From the NCBI RefSeq assembly GCF_006345805.1, contig NC_042998.1, positions 147,746,001-147,810,000 on the forward strand: a stretch of 64,000 nucleotides of DNA, given 5' to 3'. The stretch comes from Octopus sinensis (Eukaryota). A model generated the notes under the pieces. It was not told the DNA's origin and did not search any database. It worked only from the letters and a program-made list of their open reading frames with translations. The position numbers were made by a program, and so were the translations under genes. Shown here piece by piece: positions 13,471-27,307 of this stretch; within the stretch, counting starts at the first letter, position 1, and every line of letters starts with the position of its first letter.

Positions 13471-13785
13471 TTCCCACACAAATCATTCATCTACACCTAG
13501 TCTCCACACATATTCACACACACACACATACGTGAACACACACACACACATTATGTAGGTAGGGTAAAATCCCAACCGTTTCATATTGAAGCACATGCTT
13601 ATTCCACCATTATAATCCTGTATGTAGTTGCTGTCATTGTTGTTTTAGTTGCAAGGTACATATTAGAGCTGATAATTCTGGAAATATTGTAAGCAGAGTT
13701 ATTGTATAATAAAAAGGAAGTTGGAAAATCTATTGGTATTATTTAGTCCCCATCACATATGTTTCATTTGCTACTATGAATTACA

Positions 13786-14817
13786 GACATGTAAGGAATT
13801 TCCTATTAGAAATTCTTCAAAGATTTAAATAGTACAAATTTTACATTTGGATGAAGCATTTACATTTAATTAGTAATCAGGAGAGCAGTGGCAGCTCATA
13901 GATAAAATTAGTGGGGGGGGGGGGGGGTGCTGCTTCAGAAAATTTTTAGGTGTTGTTTTAATATTGTATAAAAGAAACAAACATAACGCTTTTACTTGTT
14001 TCAGTCATGTGACTGCAGCCATGTTGGAGCACTGCCTTTAGTCGAACAAATCGACCCCAGGACTTATTCTTTGTAAGCCTAGTAATTAGAAAATTAATAC
14101 ATAAACTTGATAGGTTCACGTTTTAGCCACTGCTGGGTAGTGTGTTTAATTTGTTCACTGAACACCACTGTGAATTCCCCTTTGTTTTTCAAAAATTTTC
14201 CCTAAATCACAAAATAAGAGGTGAGGTGTGTGTGGAAATCTGTGCTATTTTTCAAATCCTGGCAGCAACAGGATAATAATCTAATTCTAAACTTTATCAC
14301 ATTCAAGAATATAAACCCGTTTTTAACCACAACACATACAGAGTCAAAAAGAAACCCTACCTTTCATTAGTATACCAAAGTCAGCACTGCATGAACCACA
14401 GTGCTCTCTCTCCCTAGCATGTAGCTTCCTATCTTGAACATGTGTGCATGCACACAACAGCCAAACACTACATCACTATAAATGTGGAGTGTACAGTTCT
14501 ATGCAAGGATTTTTGCATTTTTTTCATAAACTAGGGGATAGCTACTGACATTAAGCTTAAGGATTATATAATGTACAAGTATAAAGAAAGAATGAAAGAA
14601 AAAAAGGACTCAATATATCGAATGTTATTGATAATATCAAGTGGAAATAAAGGATGCTGCAGTTCCACAGTGCTTACACACAAGCCACCACAGCAGGAGA
14701 GTATAGATAATTGAGGCAAAAGAAGAAAGAGCAAATCAAATATTACAGGAAAACGAAAGAGAGTGAGTTATACACACACATACATAAGTAAACACATACA
14801 TACACATACATGCATAT

Positions 14818-14889
<72 letters not shown>

Positions 14890-14997
14890 TATTTATATAT
14901 ACATATACACAGACATGTACATACATATGCACACACACAAGTTTGCACATGTACACATCAGACTGAAGAATTTCTGATAGGAAATTCCTTACATGTC
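13786..14997. mobile_element. Candidate non-autonomous TIR element (34-bp inverted termini)
   Basis: GACATGTAAGGAATTTCCTATTAGAAATTCTTCA (13786-13819) matches the reverse complement of 14964-14997 at 33/34 positions. The flanks are CA on the left and TA on the right. The interior is non-coding, with SINE and microsatellite pieces. Confidence 0.6.
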
Positions 14998-16239
14998 TAT
15001 CTAACATGTGAAACTCTTTAATTCTTATCAACAAGTAAAACAGGTGACTAAATAATACAAATAAATCTTCCAGCTTCCTGTTTTGTTACATATATATATC
15101 CTCAAAAGTATTTAAAAAAATTTTTTATCATTTTGTTATAATATTCTTCTTTATAATCTGAATAATCCTAAACTTTAACTTTATACAATATGACAATATT
15201 GCTTAAAATATTTTATTATTGTACCACATGATAAGATTTCCCCTGTTTCATTATCAATGGTCTACTATTGGCTTGCCCCTTTAATTGTCAGCTAACATCT
15301 TGATTTCATTTACCAAATCTCATTATATTGCTTCAAATAAATCTTGATAGTTTTTAATGACTATACCCATTGTGATTTTCTGTTGACTCCCTCAGTCCCC
15401 TTCCTAGCAGGCATTACTCCTTGTTCTTTTGGCTTTAGATATACAAAGATTTGATTAGTGTATAAATTAAAACTGACCTCATAAAACAGTAACAAGCAAA
15501 ATCTGTAACAAGTCTTTCTTCCTGATACTTTAGTAGCTTCTAAGCTGAAGTGAAGACAGCATGTTTTTTGTCTATCTCCTTACCTTCTTGGAGATTATAG
15601 GTAAAATTATATTAATGTGTCCATCTGTTTTAATTTAATTAAATTCTATGTCTTTATGCAGCTGAGGATTGCTCTGCATATAAATTGATGTAATGATTGC
15701 ATTGTTCAATTAAATGGAGTTGCTTGAAATGATCGTACTGCATTACCTCTGGATATCCTTGTTGCTTATTTTGATATATATATATATATATATTCATATA
15801 TATGGTGGACTTTCCCATTGAAGATGGCATATGAGTGTTCAGCTTTAGCTGAGTGACCAGCACAAATGATTTGTTTATAGGAATCAGATGTATGTGCTGC
15901 ACATCAGTTCACTCCCTCCATCAAGATGACGTTGTTTGAATAGGTGCACAGTGTACCATGCATCAGGTGTCAAAGTGATCACAGAGCAATACAAAAAAGT
16001 ATGTTACTCAAGAACACTTTGCACCACCCAATCTAGGAATTGGAACCACAATCTAGTGATCATGAATGCAACCCCTAACCACTAGGCCATGTGGGCACAC
16101 ATATATAAACATATGCAAACATATATATCATAAGCATATACAATATATATATATATGCATGTACATGCACACACATACATATGTATACATGTATCTGTGT
16201 GTATATGTGTGTGTACATGTATGTGTGTGAGTGTGTGCA

Positions 16240-16282
<43 letters not shown>

Positions 16283-18218
16283 GTGTGTGCATGCATCCTT
16301 CTGGCAATATACATTTTCTTTTTAATAGAGAGTGCTGTTACTGATGTCTTACCATTGTCTTCTTCTCACAATAATTCAACAGTGAGCTAAACTGTTCTTG
16401 ACCTCTGTCCAAAACAGCTGAAAATATTTTTCTCAGGATTGATTTTTTTTGATCTCTCAGAAACATTCCATATGAACTAAAGGTCAAATATAAATCATTT
16501 ACAGCAGACTTTATCTCTGCTGAAAGTCACATACAGGGCATTACAATTGGCAAATATTTTGGAAGGAGGAGCTGCAATTGGCCAAGCTGATAAAGGTTAA
16601 ACTCTGTTGACTCTTGTTACCTGTGTTGTTTTCACTTGTAGGGAACACATTTCTGACAAACAACCAGCATGGAAAATGGATGTTATATCCTCCTCCTCTT
16701 TCTACTCTCCCTCCTTGTCCTTGTGCTGTAGTCCTGGGAATCTTCTTCCCCCCTCCCACTTCTATCCCTCCACATTTTCTCCTTCTATTCTTCTTCTTCT
16801 TCTTCTTCTTAGCCTCCTCCTTTTTTCTTCATCTTTCTTTTTCTGCTACTGCTGCTGCTGCTGCTCCTCCTCCTTGTGCTACTTTTTATTTTGATCTACT
16901 CCTATAACTCTTTATTAAGATTGTCTTAAAACCTACAGGAAATATCAAGCGAAAGATTTCAGTTTTCAGTCTATTTACATGTTGCAACACACCCAAATGA
17001 ACTTATCCTAAAACACTTATTTGGTTGATTGTGCCTTCAAATCATGACATCTGAGGAAGTGAATGTACAATAGGATTATTTTCACATATTTCCATGTACT
17101 AAATGATATTGTATGAATTGCATAACATTGTATGAGATATGAAATAAAAATATAGTTCATTTATAGAAACAATTGTAACATCAATTTGACTTCTTTCTTA
17201 ATTTAAATTATTATTTATATTATTATTATAAATTATTACTTAAATATATCTTTTATCTTTTACTGGTTTCAGTCATTACACTGCAGCCATGCTGGGGCAC
17301 CACCTTGAAGAATTTTTAGTTGAATGAATCAACCCCAGTACTTACTTTTTTAAAGCCTGGTTCTTCTTCTATTGGTCTCTTTTACAAACTGCTAAGCTAC
17401 AGGGATGTAAACGCACCAACACTGGTTATCAAGTGGTGGTGAGAGACAAATACAGACATAAAGATACTCACCCCCATATGCATATATATATGGGTATATT
17501 AATCCAGATAGATTAATTTAATCGTTGAACTTCGTAACATAGTTTGTTTATCAATATTATTTGGATCTTGTATTATTTTGAGTTTGATCATTGTTATTAT
17601 TATTATTGTTATTGACTGGATTTGTAGTGGACTGGTGGTTGTGATTGAAAATCTTCATAGTGTATTGTTCATTTGTTCTAATATTTTTGCACCTTTCTTT
17701 AATTTATGGGGCTTAAATGTTTCTTACTTTCCATTTGCAAATAATTCTCACTATTATATCATCTTTATATATATTGTTAGGTATAAGTTACGATAGATAT
17801 TAATTCTTATATCTATTTATCTAGATTTTTTTTATAAAGGGATCTAACATATTACATTTAATTTAATTTGAGAATTAATTTTGTTAGACAATGTATTATT
17901 TAATTGTTAGGTGGTATATTTATTAAGTAGTATTAAATTTAAGATAATTACGTATTATATTAATTGATATTTAGTCAACTATATTATAGAGTGATATATT
18001 AAATCTATAGATACTACACATATATTAATTATATAGTTAGCTTATTTAATGAATTTGTCTATATTTGAACCATTTCTTATTTTGATTACAATATTAATGA
18101 CTTGTACTAACATTGTGTATATCAATTAATTTTAAAGTATTGAATAATTTAAATATTGTTTTTAGTTTTCTTTAAATTATATTTATTAATTAATTATTTT
18201 ATTATTCTAGTATATTTT

Positions 18219-18322
18219 TAACCTGATGAGTGGCTATATTTATATCAAAGTGATTTTACTACTACTATTAATTGTTTTACTATAATCATTTATTAAATAT
18301 AGCCACAAAACACGTGTCGTTA
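18219..18322 (+). ncRNA. Type I hammerhead relic, family B (G12 mutated to A)
   Basis: TAAC-CTGATGA(18223-18229)-GTGGCTATATTT...AAATATAGCCAC (perfect 12-bp stem II)-AAAAC (canonical GAAAC)-ACGT-GTC-GTTA. Stem I has 4 bp and stem III is the palindrome ACACGTGT. Confidence 0.7.
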
Positions 18323-18595
18323 TTCTACCAATTATATACGTTTTATTATTTTTTGGCAATTTACTTAATCATTGGTATATTATTGTTATTTTAATTTTAA
18401 TATTTCTATTATATGTAATTTTCTAGATGGTGTAATTTAATTGTTCATTTTGAATTGATAAAAGGTGGTTTTTTCTCATTTCTATATATATATATAATAT
18501 TGTGTGAAATTTGATTTAGTATTTCTAAATTGAATTTTTCCCTGTATGTTAGGATTAATATTCCCTCAAATAATAATAATTAATATTATTATATA

Positions 18596-18631
<36 letters not shown>

Positions 18632-18693
18632 TAAAACTTCGTGCAATGGCCATACTCAATAACGAGGGGGCAGCCATAATATATGTGTGTGTT

Positions 18694-18748
<55 letters not shown>

Positions 18749-18802
18749 ATATATATATATATATTGATATATATACTTGATGGGCTTCTTTCAGTTTCTG
18801 TC

Positions 18803-18862
18803 TACCAAATCCACTCACAAGACATTGGTTGGCCAACCACAGTCTTGTGAGTGGATTTGGTA
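18803..18862. repeat. 60-bp near-perfect palindrome built from SINE sequence
   Basis: TACCAAATCCACTCACAAGAC-AT-TGGTTGG/CCAACCA-CA-GTCTTGTGAGTGGATTTGGTA. Confidence 0.9.
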
Positions 18863-18892
18863 TACATATATATATGTATGCATGTATGCATT

Positions 18893-18927
<35 letters not shown>

Positions 18928-20693
18928 TAAACATCCATGCTTCATGCTGGCATGGGTTGGACAGTTCAACAGAGGCTGGCCAGCCAGAAGAGTGCATCAA
19001 GGTCCAATGTCTGCTTTGGCATGGTTTCTATGACTTGGCATTCCAAGCACCATCCATTTTATAGAGTGTACTGGGTAAATTTTACATGGCACCAACACCA
19101 GTGAGGTTACCAAGTAACTTGCAAGAGAAGATCCCCACCTCTGCTGAAGTGGTGGTGAGTGGTAGTGAGGAAGGTGGCTTTATATGAAGTGATTGGATGT
19201 TAAAGTATCAAGATTGAACAGGAAGAGGTGTTTTGCTGTTGGGTAGGGTTAGGGTTCGGAGGATGTTGGTGAAGATGTGTCATGATGTGCCCTCAAGTTG
19301 CAGATAGGTAAATGAATGAGAAGTAGTAAGGGTGGAGAAGTAACTTCAAGGGATTGTGGATAGGAGATGCAGTGATGGGAGAACAGGGGTGGAGGTAAGG
19401 TCAGTCATAAATCTTTGTCAGAGGGAAAAGTAGAGGATTGGGCACAAGGGCATAAACATAAGTGATATGGTTTTAAGGACTTATTTGTCCTTGGGTTGAT
19501 GGGTTTTCTTAAGCACAAAAACTTGCCCATCGTCTTAGTTCTTTGCCATTTCCATGAGGCTCAGCACCTTGAGCTCATTCTTCACCACCTCATCCAATGT
19601 CTACCAAGGTCTTTGTCTTCCATGAGTTCCATCGTCCATTTAGCAATTAGCATGTCTTTATGCAATATTATAATTATGATCATTGTCATGATCATCATCG
19701 TTTTATGTCAGTCTTTCCATGCTGGTATGTGTTGAAAAGTTTGACTAGATCCAGCAAGCCACAACACTGCATTGAGCTCCATTGTCAAATGTGGCATGTT
19801 TTTAGTGGCTGGATGCCCTTCCTAATGCCAACCACTTTACAGCATATGTATTATTATATATATATTTATATTAAATTTAACTTTAGTCGCCCATGAGCAA
19901 TTCTAGGCTTCATCACTAATTCAGTTCTTAACCAAATTGAATGTGGTTCTTTTAGCAATGATGATCCTGTCTTCAACTACATTTGGAGATAGAGTAATTG
20001 AAATGTGGCTCATTGAGAAAAAAGTTAGGTCAAACTATGTGAGGTCAAAAATTGGCAGAGTAAGGCCAAAAATTTACTTTGAATGAAAATATCTTGGTTA
20101 TTTTAGAAGAAAAGTACAGATTGATTAGGTTTATAAGCATGTATTCATTGAGAAGAATCTTTTGGTGTAAACCTTGTTAAAAAATAATAGTTACAAAAAA
20201 TAGTGTGGCTTTAAGTGATGTAAAAGATGGTAAGTAAGCTTCAAAATTGACTTTGAATCAAAATATCTCAGCTTTTACAAAAGAGAACTACAATAGTTGT
20301 GTTCAAATGAAAGAGCTCTATCAGATGAATCTGATGGTGAAAACCTCATCATATTAGCTACAAAAAGGGAGTGTGACTATAAGTGACGAAAAAAAAAGTG
20401 ATCATTTTAAAAAATCCAAATATTTTTGTCATTTTTAAGATATCTAACTTGATGAAAGACAGTCTTTGATGTCAAGAATCACTTAATTTAATGACACAGA
20501 GTGCTTCATTGGAATTTGAGAGATACAAATTTTGATTCTCTTGCTAGCCATTTTTTTCCCCCATTTTCCAAGGGTATTTACCTGATCTCCTTAGTTGTTT
20601 TCAGAACGATTCTGTGTTTGGGATTTCCTTCCTTTTCTCTAAAATACCAATCCAGTCAGCACTTCAAAGTTTATACACACACACACACACACA

Positions 20694-20830
<137 letters not shown>

Positions 20831-20839
20831 ACTGTTAAA

Positions 20840-21510
20840 ACAAGCTCTTTGTGTATAAATGATGTTATTGCTGTTAATGAACATTTTAATCACCAATTGC
20901 AAGCTATAATGAATAAAGTAGTTTTGGCAAAAAAAACAACAAAAAAACAATCGGATTTGTGGCAAACAACATCATGCATTATATTTGGAGAATAGAGTCT
21001 CAACAAAGAGAGGCTCCTTATATTCATATGAAAATTTGGGTGGATCAAGCACCTATTTTTAAAAACGATTCTCCTGAAAAAAACTTTAAATTTATTGAAC
21101 AATACATTACTTCCAGATTGCTGTGTTCAGCATCTAACCCCAATCTTTACAATTTGGTCAGTAGTTTTCAAATGCATTCATGCAGCAAAACCTAGAGAAT
21201 TTGTAGAAAATGCTAAGAATGTGGTAAAATAATGTCTATTTGGCTTTCCTAAGGCTGAAGGAAGATTCATCTCCTTTACTGTTGCTGAAAGTGTTAAATT
21301 AAGAAGAAATGAAAAAAGTGTTAAAAAGCTTTATCAACTTCAAAGAAAATCATCTGAAAAATTTATCAATGATTACAATCCTTTATGTTTGATATGGCAG
21401 GCAAATGTTGACTGTCAGTATGATATTGACCAGATACATGACTAGCTACTCAACAAAAATTGAGAAAAATGAAGCTGAAGGTGCTCAGGAAAATTTGGAT
21501 CAAAATAAAT
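20840..21510 (+). pseudogene. Helitron2/Helentron-type Rep fragment
   Basis: HYIWRIESQQREAPYIHMKIWVDQAP..FIEQYIT..LYNLVSSFQMHSCSKT (decayed EFQxRGxPHxH motif 2), then KLYQLQR..FINDYNPLCLIWQANVDCQY (NDYNP..WxANMDIQ). Confidence 0.75.
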
Positions 21511-21717
21511 TTCTGAAGTTGTTCATCAAATGGTGTGTGCACTTTTCTGTTTTTAATAATTTTTATTTTTTGCTTTTTATTGCAAATTTTTAAAAATTTA
21601 AGTTAATATTTTTGATTTTAAAAGTTCTTTGTATTAAGCTAAAAACATTTCTGCCTTATTTTTAGTATTACTAGAATAAAAAGTATAAAGGTAAATATAA
21701 TTAATTAAAATAATAGA

Positions 21718-22924
21718 AGTGTTACCTGGAAAAAAATGTAGACTAGAATGAGAAGTGTGGGGGCAGAGTGCTTGAATATTTTTAAGTATTGAACCTGGAA
21801 AAGTACAGAATAGGAAGGAAAAAATCTTAAAATATTTATTTCTTTATTGCCCACAGGGGGCTAAACACAGAAGGGACAAACAGGGACAGACAAAGGGATT
21901 AAGTTGATTACATCGACCCCAATGCATAGCGGATACTTATTTAATCGACCCCGAAAGGATGAAAAACAAAGTTTGACCTCAGCAGAATTTGAACTCAGAA
22001 TGAAACAGCAGATGAAATACCGTTAAGCATTTCACCCAGCATGCTAATGATTCTGCCAGCTTGCCACCTTTAAAAAAATTTCAAAATATTGCTGCTGAAG
22101 TTAGAATTTAAAAATTTTAAATTGTAATAAATGCTCTTTTAATTTATTTTTATTTTTACATAAAACTTTAGATTAAAATACTCAAGGAGCTATTTATTTT
22201 CAATGTTTGTGAAAAGTCTAATTGCTTACAAGTTTACACATTTAAATTTTAATATTACAAACTTAGTGCTTTAGATATTTAAAAAAAATCACATGATAGC
22301 AGTTTAAGCAAAAGTGAGAATGCATTATAAACCCTAAGTTTTTGAAAAAAGCTAGAGGGTCATTTCTACATTTTGCATTCAATTTGTTCATTAACTTTCT
22401 TTTTTAAAAAAACATTCTTCTGACTACAAATAGAAAATACTTTGTTATCTGATAATGCAAACTTTGAAGAAATTAATTCTTTTGTTTTTTTTTTAAATAA
22501 TTTTTTTACATATTTTTTACTCTTATTTTTGAATTACATATATTCTATACGAATTTAATTTTAATACAATATCCACGATTTAAAATTTTGGGATTATGAG
22601 TTTTGTGAAAATAGAAAATTTTAAAAATCATGTAACAGTAAAAATAAGACTGAAATGTATTAGCTTAATACAAAGAAATTTTTAAATCAAAAATATTAAC
22701 TTGAATTTTAAAAATGTACAATAAAAAGAAAAAAGAAAAAAAGAAAAAACATAAATTGCACACACTATTTGATGAATGATTTGAAAAATCTATTTAGCAA
22801 TCAGAAATTTATTTAGCAAATTCTAACTTCAGCAGCAATATTTAAATTTTTTTTCTTCTTGTCCTGTACTTTTCCAGGATCAATACTTAAGAATACTTTC
22901 TGCTCTTGCATTTTTCATTCTAGT
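21718..22924. mobile_element. AT-rich foldback/MITE with long imperfect TIRs; left TIR interrupted by a SINE
   Basis: ACTAGAATGA..TTAAGTATTGAACCTGGAAAAGTACAG (21742-21810) and AATATTGCTGCTGAAGTTAGAATTT (22085-22109) mirror 22818-22924. A related sequence lies at about 50390-50480. Confidence 0.65.
21838..22073 (-). mobile_element. tRNA-derived SINE, same family as 11018-11250
   Basis: Matches the reverse complement of the 11018 copy along its length. Confidence 0.85.
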
Positions 22925-22963
22925 ACATGTGTGTATGTGTGTGTGTGTGTGTGTGTGTATACA

Positions 22964-22994
<31 letters not shown>

Positions 22995-23976
22995 TGTAAG
23001 TGAGAGAGACTGGGAGAGACAGAGACAGCAAAAGAGACAGTTGCAGTATATATACAGGAAAAGCTTGGGACTACTAACAAATCATACTTGCTTGCAAATG
23101 ATAGCTATGATGTGGTATAAATGTGTGTGTGTGGGGGGGGGGGCGTGCACACACGCTCAGTTTCTGTATACGAAACTTAACAGATAGCTAAGGGTATGTG
23201 AAGGAAAAAAGACACTTGCATAATGTGCCAATCAGTAAGAGTGAGAACAAACACGGAACCATAGGGTTGTGAACTGAACTTCCTAATTACAAAGCCAAGC
23301 CTAACCTAATACAGTACACCATCCATTTTCTCTGAAAAGGAGTACAACATTACTATATTTGGAGCAATGCAGATCTTCCGTTAGATAATATGACAAATAT
23401 TCACAAATACTAATGTATTTATGCTTAGCATATAGATAAAAATGTCATTAAGAAATAGCTTAGTAGATACAAAATGGCTGTGAAGTTAAGAAGCTGGGTT
23501 TGCAATCACATGGTTTTGGGTTCCATCCCACTGAGTGGCACCTTAGGCAAGTGTTTTTACTGTAGCCCTAAGCTGACCAATACATTGGGAGTGAGTGAAT
23601 TTGGGAGATGGAAATTGTAAATGTGTGTGTGTGTGTGTAAGTGTGTGTATGTGAGTGTGTGTGTGTATGTGTGTCTGTGTCTTGTTTATCCCACCACCAC
23701 TGCTTATCAACTGGTGTTTGTTGTGTTCACATTCTTGTAACTTAGCAGTTTGGCAAAAAAGACCAATAGAATAAGTACCAGGCTTAAAAAACATTAGTAC
23801 TTGGTCAGTTCATTCAACCAAACATTCAAAGCAGTGCCCTAGCCTAGCTGCACTCTAATGATTGAAACAAGTAAAAGGTAAAAGGTATGTATATATATAT
23901 ATATATATATACATATACAGAGAGAGAGAGAGAGATAAATAGATAGATAGACACATAAATACATATATGTATGTGT

Positions 23977-24042
<66 letters not shown>

Positions 24043-26208
24043 GTGCATGCACACACACATATATATATAAATATAAATATACATAGACAAAGATATACAT
24101 ATATATATATATATATATATATGCGTATGTATGTATACACACACAGACACATCACACACACACACACACACATTTACATTGTGTGTGTATATATGTAGCT
24201 TTGTGCATGTGTTTGACAACTGGTGTGGATGATTATTTATATCCCTGTAACTTAGGATTTCAGCAACTGAAGCTGATAAAATAAATACCAAACTTAAAAA
24301 ACAAAACGTAAGTACTGGGATCAATTTGTTCATCTAAATTCTCCAAGGCAGTACTCCAGCATGGCCACAATCCAATGACTGAAACAAGTAAAAGACAAAA
24401 TTATATTTGATTCTGAGTAAAAGCTTTTTTTTTTCTTTTTTTTTTGCTGATAATTATGGTTGAGTTATATTACATATATATATATATATTAGTTGCACTT
24501 ACATAGAAAAACGACAATCTTTTAACTATAAGAGAATAGTGCACAACAATATAACAGCAGCAGCAGCAGAAGTGCTTCTTAAGTGGTTATACCATTGGCA
24601 GTTGCTTGTGCTTGAAGTGGATGTCACAGATAGTTGTAAGTGCCTTTGGTCCATAGATATTGAAACAGAACAGTCTATTGGTCCAGTCTGATGATAAAAA
24701 GGAAATAACTGAAATAAAATAAAATAATAATAAAATCAAACTATATTTAAGGTTTGTTTTAGAGGTTGTTAATTTAGTGAGGAGGTAGTAATCTCTGTGA
24801 CAGATTAACAAGGTTAAGAACAGGACAAAGACCACAGAAGTGTCTCAAGAAGACCATTTAATGATAATGGTGGTGGTGGTGATGGAGATAGTGGTATTGA
24901 CAGTAGTGGCGGTGGTGGTGGTGGTGGTGGTGGTGGGTTAAATGGTTTGACAGGATCTGATGGCTCACAGTATTGCATTATGCCCACTGTCAACTTAGCA
25001 TGATTTCTGCGGCTGGATGCCCTTCCTAACCCCAACTACTTTACAGTGTGTACTTGGTGTTGGTGGGTTCTTTTTTTCTTTTTTGTGCCAACAACACTAA
25101 TTCAGCTTGCAAGACTATGAGCCCCAAGGGAAGCAGTGTTATGGTAGGAAATGAGGGGTTAAAATATATGAGAAAAGGCCCAGAATAGAACAAGTTTCCT
25201 GCTGTATAGGAGCTACATGGCTACCCACCTTTTAGAAGAGAGGGTAAGAGTGATTGGGATGGAGCTTGGAAGGGATAAAAATAATGGTGACGAAGTAACT
25301 GTGTGAACCCTCAATGTAAGAGGTGAGTAGGAGTGAATAGGTGTAAAATTTGGAGTGTGGGTGGAGTGTGGAAGCAATAAGGGAGAATGAGAGAGGAGGA
25401 AAGGGTGAGGAACTAAATGTAATAGATGAAGAATAAGTGTTGAATGGATGATACGAAGGAAAAGAATAATATCAAAAAATATTACATACATACATACAAT
25501 AATTGTAATTTACATGGTGGTCTTACAGGAAACAGTATATACCATGATAGAGACAGAATGAAAGAGATTTACTGCTCAGGGGGAGATAATCGTTTTTAAG
25601 CATATCCATCTTTTGTCATATGTGGACAGAGTGAAAAGAGTGAGAAGAGCTCACATCTTTTGGATATAATTCCTTTATTATTATGACCCCTGCCTCCACA
25701 AGATACAACAAAATCCGTTTCAATACATGATTTCACCCTAAGATTCTTGCAAACCAAATGCAAAAGCGAAATATTCTTCATACTTTGTGATATGAAAAAT
25801 GGTGATTAGTTGCTGTTTTTGGCTTTGTTTTAACAAACAAACCAAAACTTTTTGATGGTACTTAAATATCTGCACTTGTTTAGTTGACAGACTAGGAAAA
25901 AAAATTAGCAGGAAGTACTTTGAGAAAACTTCTACTTGTTTCATGCTTCTCTCATAATTATGTTCAAGTATTTATCACTGGTTCTACAGTGTCAGGATTA
26001 ACCCACAACAGTTCCATTGCCATTGGCTAATCTCAGACAATCCTAGAAACATTATCATTTGGATATTTTTTTTCTTTCCGTTTTTTTTTTTTGTCTTTTG
26101 ATTTTTAGGAAGTGAGTTAACAAGACATTAATAGACATAATTTGATAAAAGGAAAAAAGTAATATTTTTTACAATATCATTATAGGCTGGCTTTATCAGT
26201 ATCTATCA

Positions 26209-26256
<48 letters not shown>

Positions 26257-26429
26257 GTCTGTCTGTCTGTCTCTCTGTTTGTCAGTTGATTTGTCTATTT
26301 ATTTATCTCTCTCTGTCTCTGTCTCTCTCTGTCTCTGTCTCTCTCTGTCTCTCTCTCTACATATATATAATTTATCTGTCGCACCCTGTGTGTATATATA
26401 TATATATAATATATATATATATACACACA

Positions 26430-27307
26430 CAGGGTGTGACAGATAAATTATCACCATTCAATATTTTTTATTTTGCACATGCACGTGGTTTGTTTTTGAT
26501 TTTGTTGACTACACAGTATAATAGGGGCAGTGCAGTTGTGCACCATCTGTGAGAAAAACAGCACCATGATGCAATCCACTCTGCCAGAAATTTGAAAATG
26601 ACATGCTGCACTGCTTGGCATTTGTGCTGAAAGCTCCAATACAAACATTTCAGAGTGTTTGAGTGTCAATCTGAGGCCATGTACCAAGAGTGATAAAAAT
26701 CAAACATCCAGTCAACATCATGATGTTTGTAGTGATCACTAGTGACAGCGACGTTATGTCTCCATTCATCTTCTCATATGGCCTCACACTCAACGTGGAG
26801 GCCTACATCAAGTGCCTGCAGGAGATAGTACTACCCTGGGTCAAGAGGGTGATTGCTGGAAGACCCTATGCCTGGCTACAGGACTCAGCATCATGCCACA
26901 CAAGCAGAAGAACCCAGTCATGGCTGTCAGACAATTTCTGCGACTACATCACCCCTAACATCTGGCCACCTATCTCCCTAGACTGCAACCCCCTTGTGTA
27001 TCATGTATGTGGTACAGTTGAGCAAGTGACCAACAAAACTCCTTGTAACACCAAAGATGAACTGAAGGCAAAGATTGTGGCAACATTCACCATCTTAAAG
27101 AAGAAGGCGATCCAGAAGAGTTACAGGAGATTCTGAAGTCGTCTGGAGGTCACAGTTGAAGCCAATGGCGATTTTACTGAATAAATTTACTCTTTAGTAT
27201 TTCAAGATATTTTTTATGTAATTTAGTAAACATATCTGTTAAAATGAGATGTCAGTGTTATTTTTATTTTTGCATAATTTAGATGACAATTTATTCATTA
27301 CATCCTG
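26430..27307 (+). mobile_element. maT/DD37D-like Tc1-mariner element, internally deleted, both TIRs present
   Basis: Termini CAGGGTGTGACAGATAAATTATCACC and GATGACAATTTATTCATTACATCCTG|TA. ORF 26690-27136 has WLQDSASCHTSRRTQ..WPPISLDCNPLVY (the WPPxSPDxNPLDY type). The N-terminal transposase region is missing. Confidence 0.85.

Noticed and set aside
14962-15015. CTGAAGA-hairpin-ACATGTC, superficially hammerhead-like
   Set aside because: No GAAA adjacent to stem II and no stem I; better explained as the TIR of the 13786-14997 element.
22880-22930. Apparent exon DQYLRILSALAFFILVH
   Set aside because: The sequence is part of a repeated TIR, with homologs at 21.8 kb and 50.4 kb.
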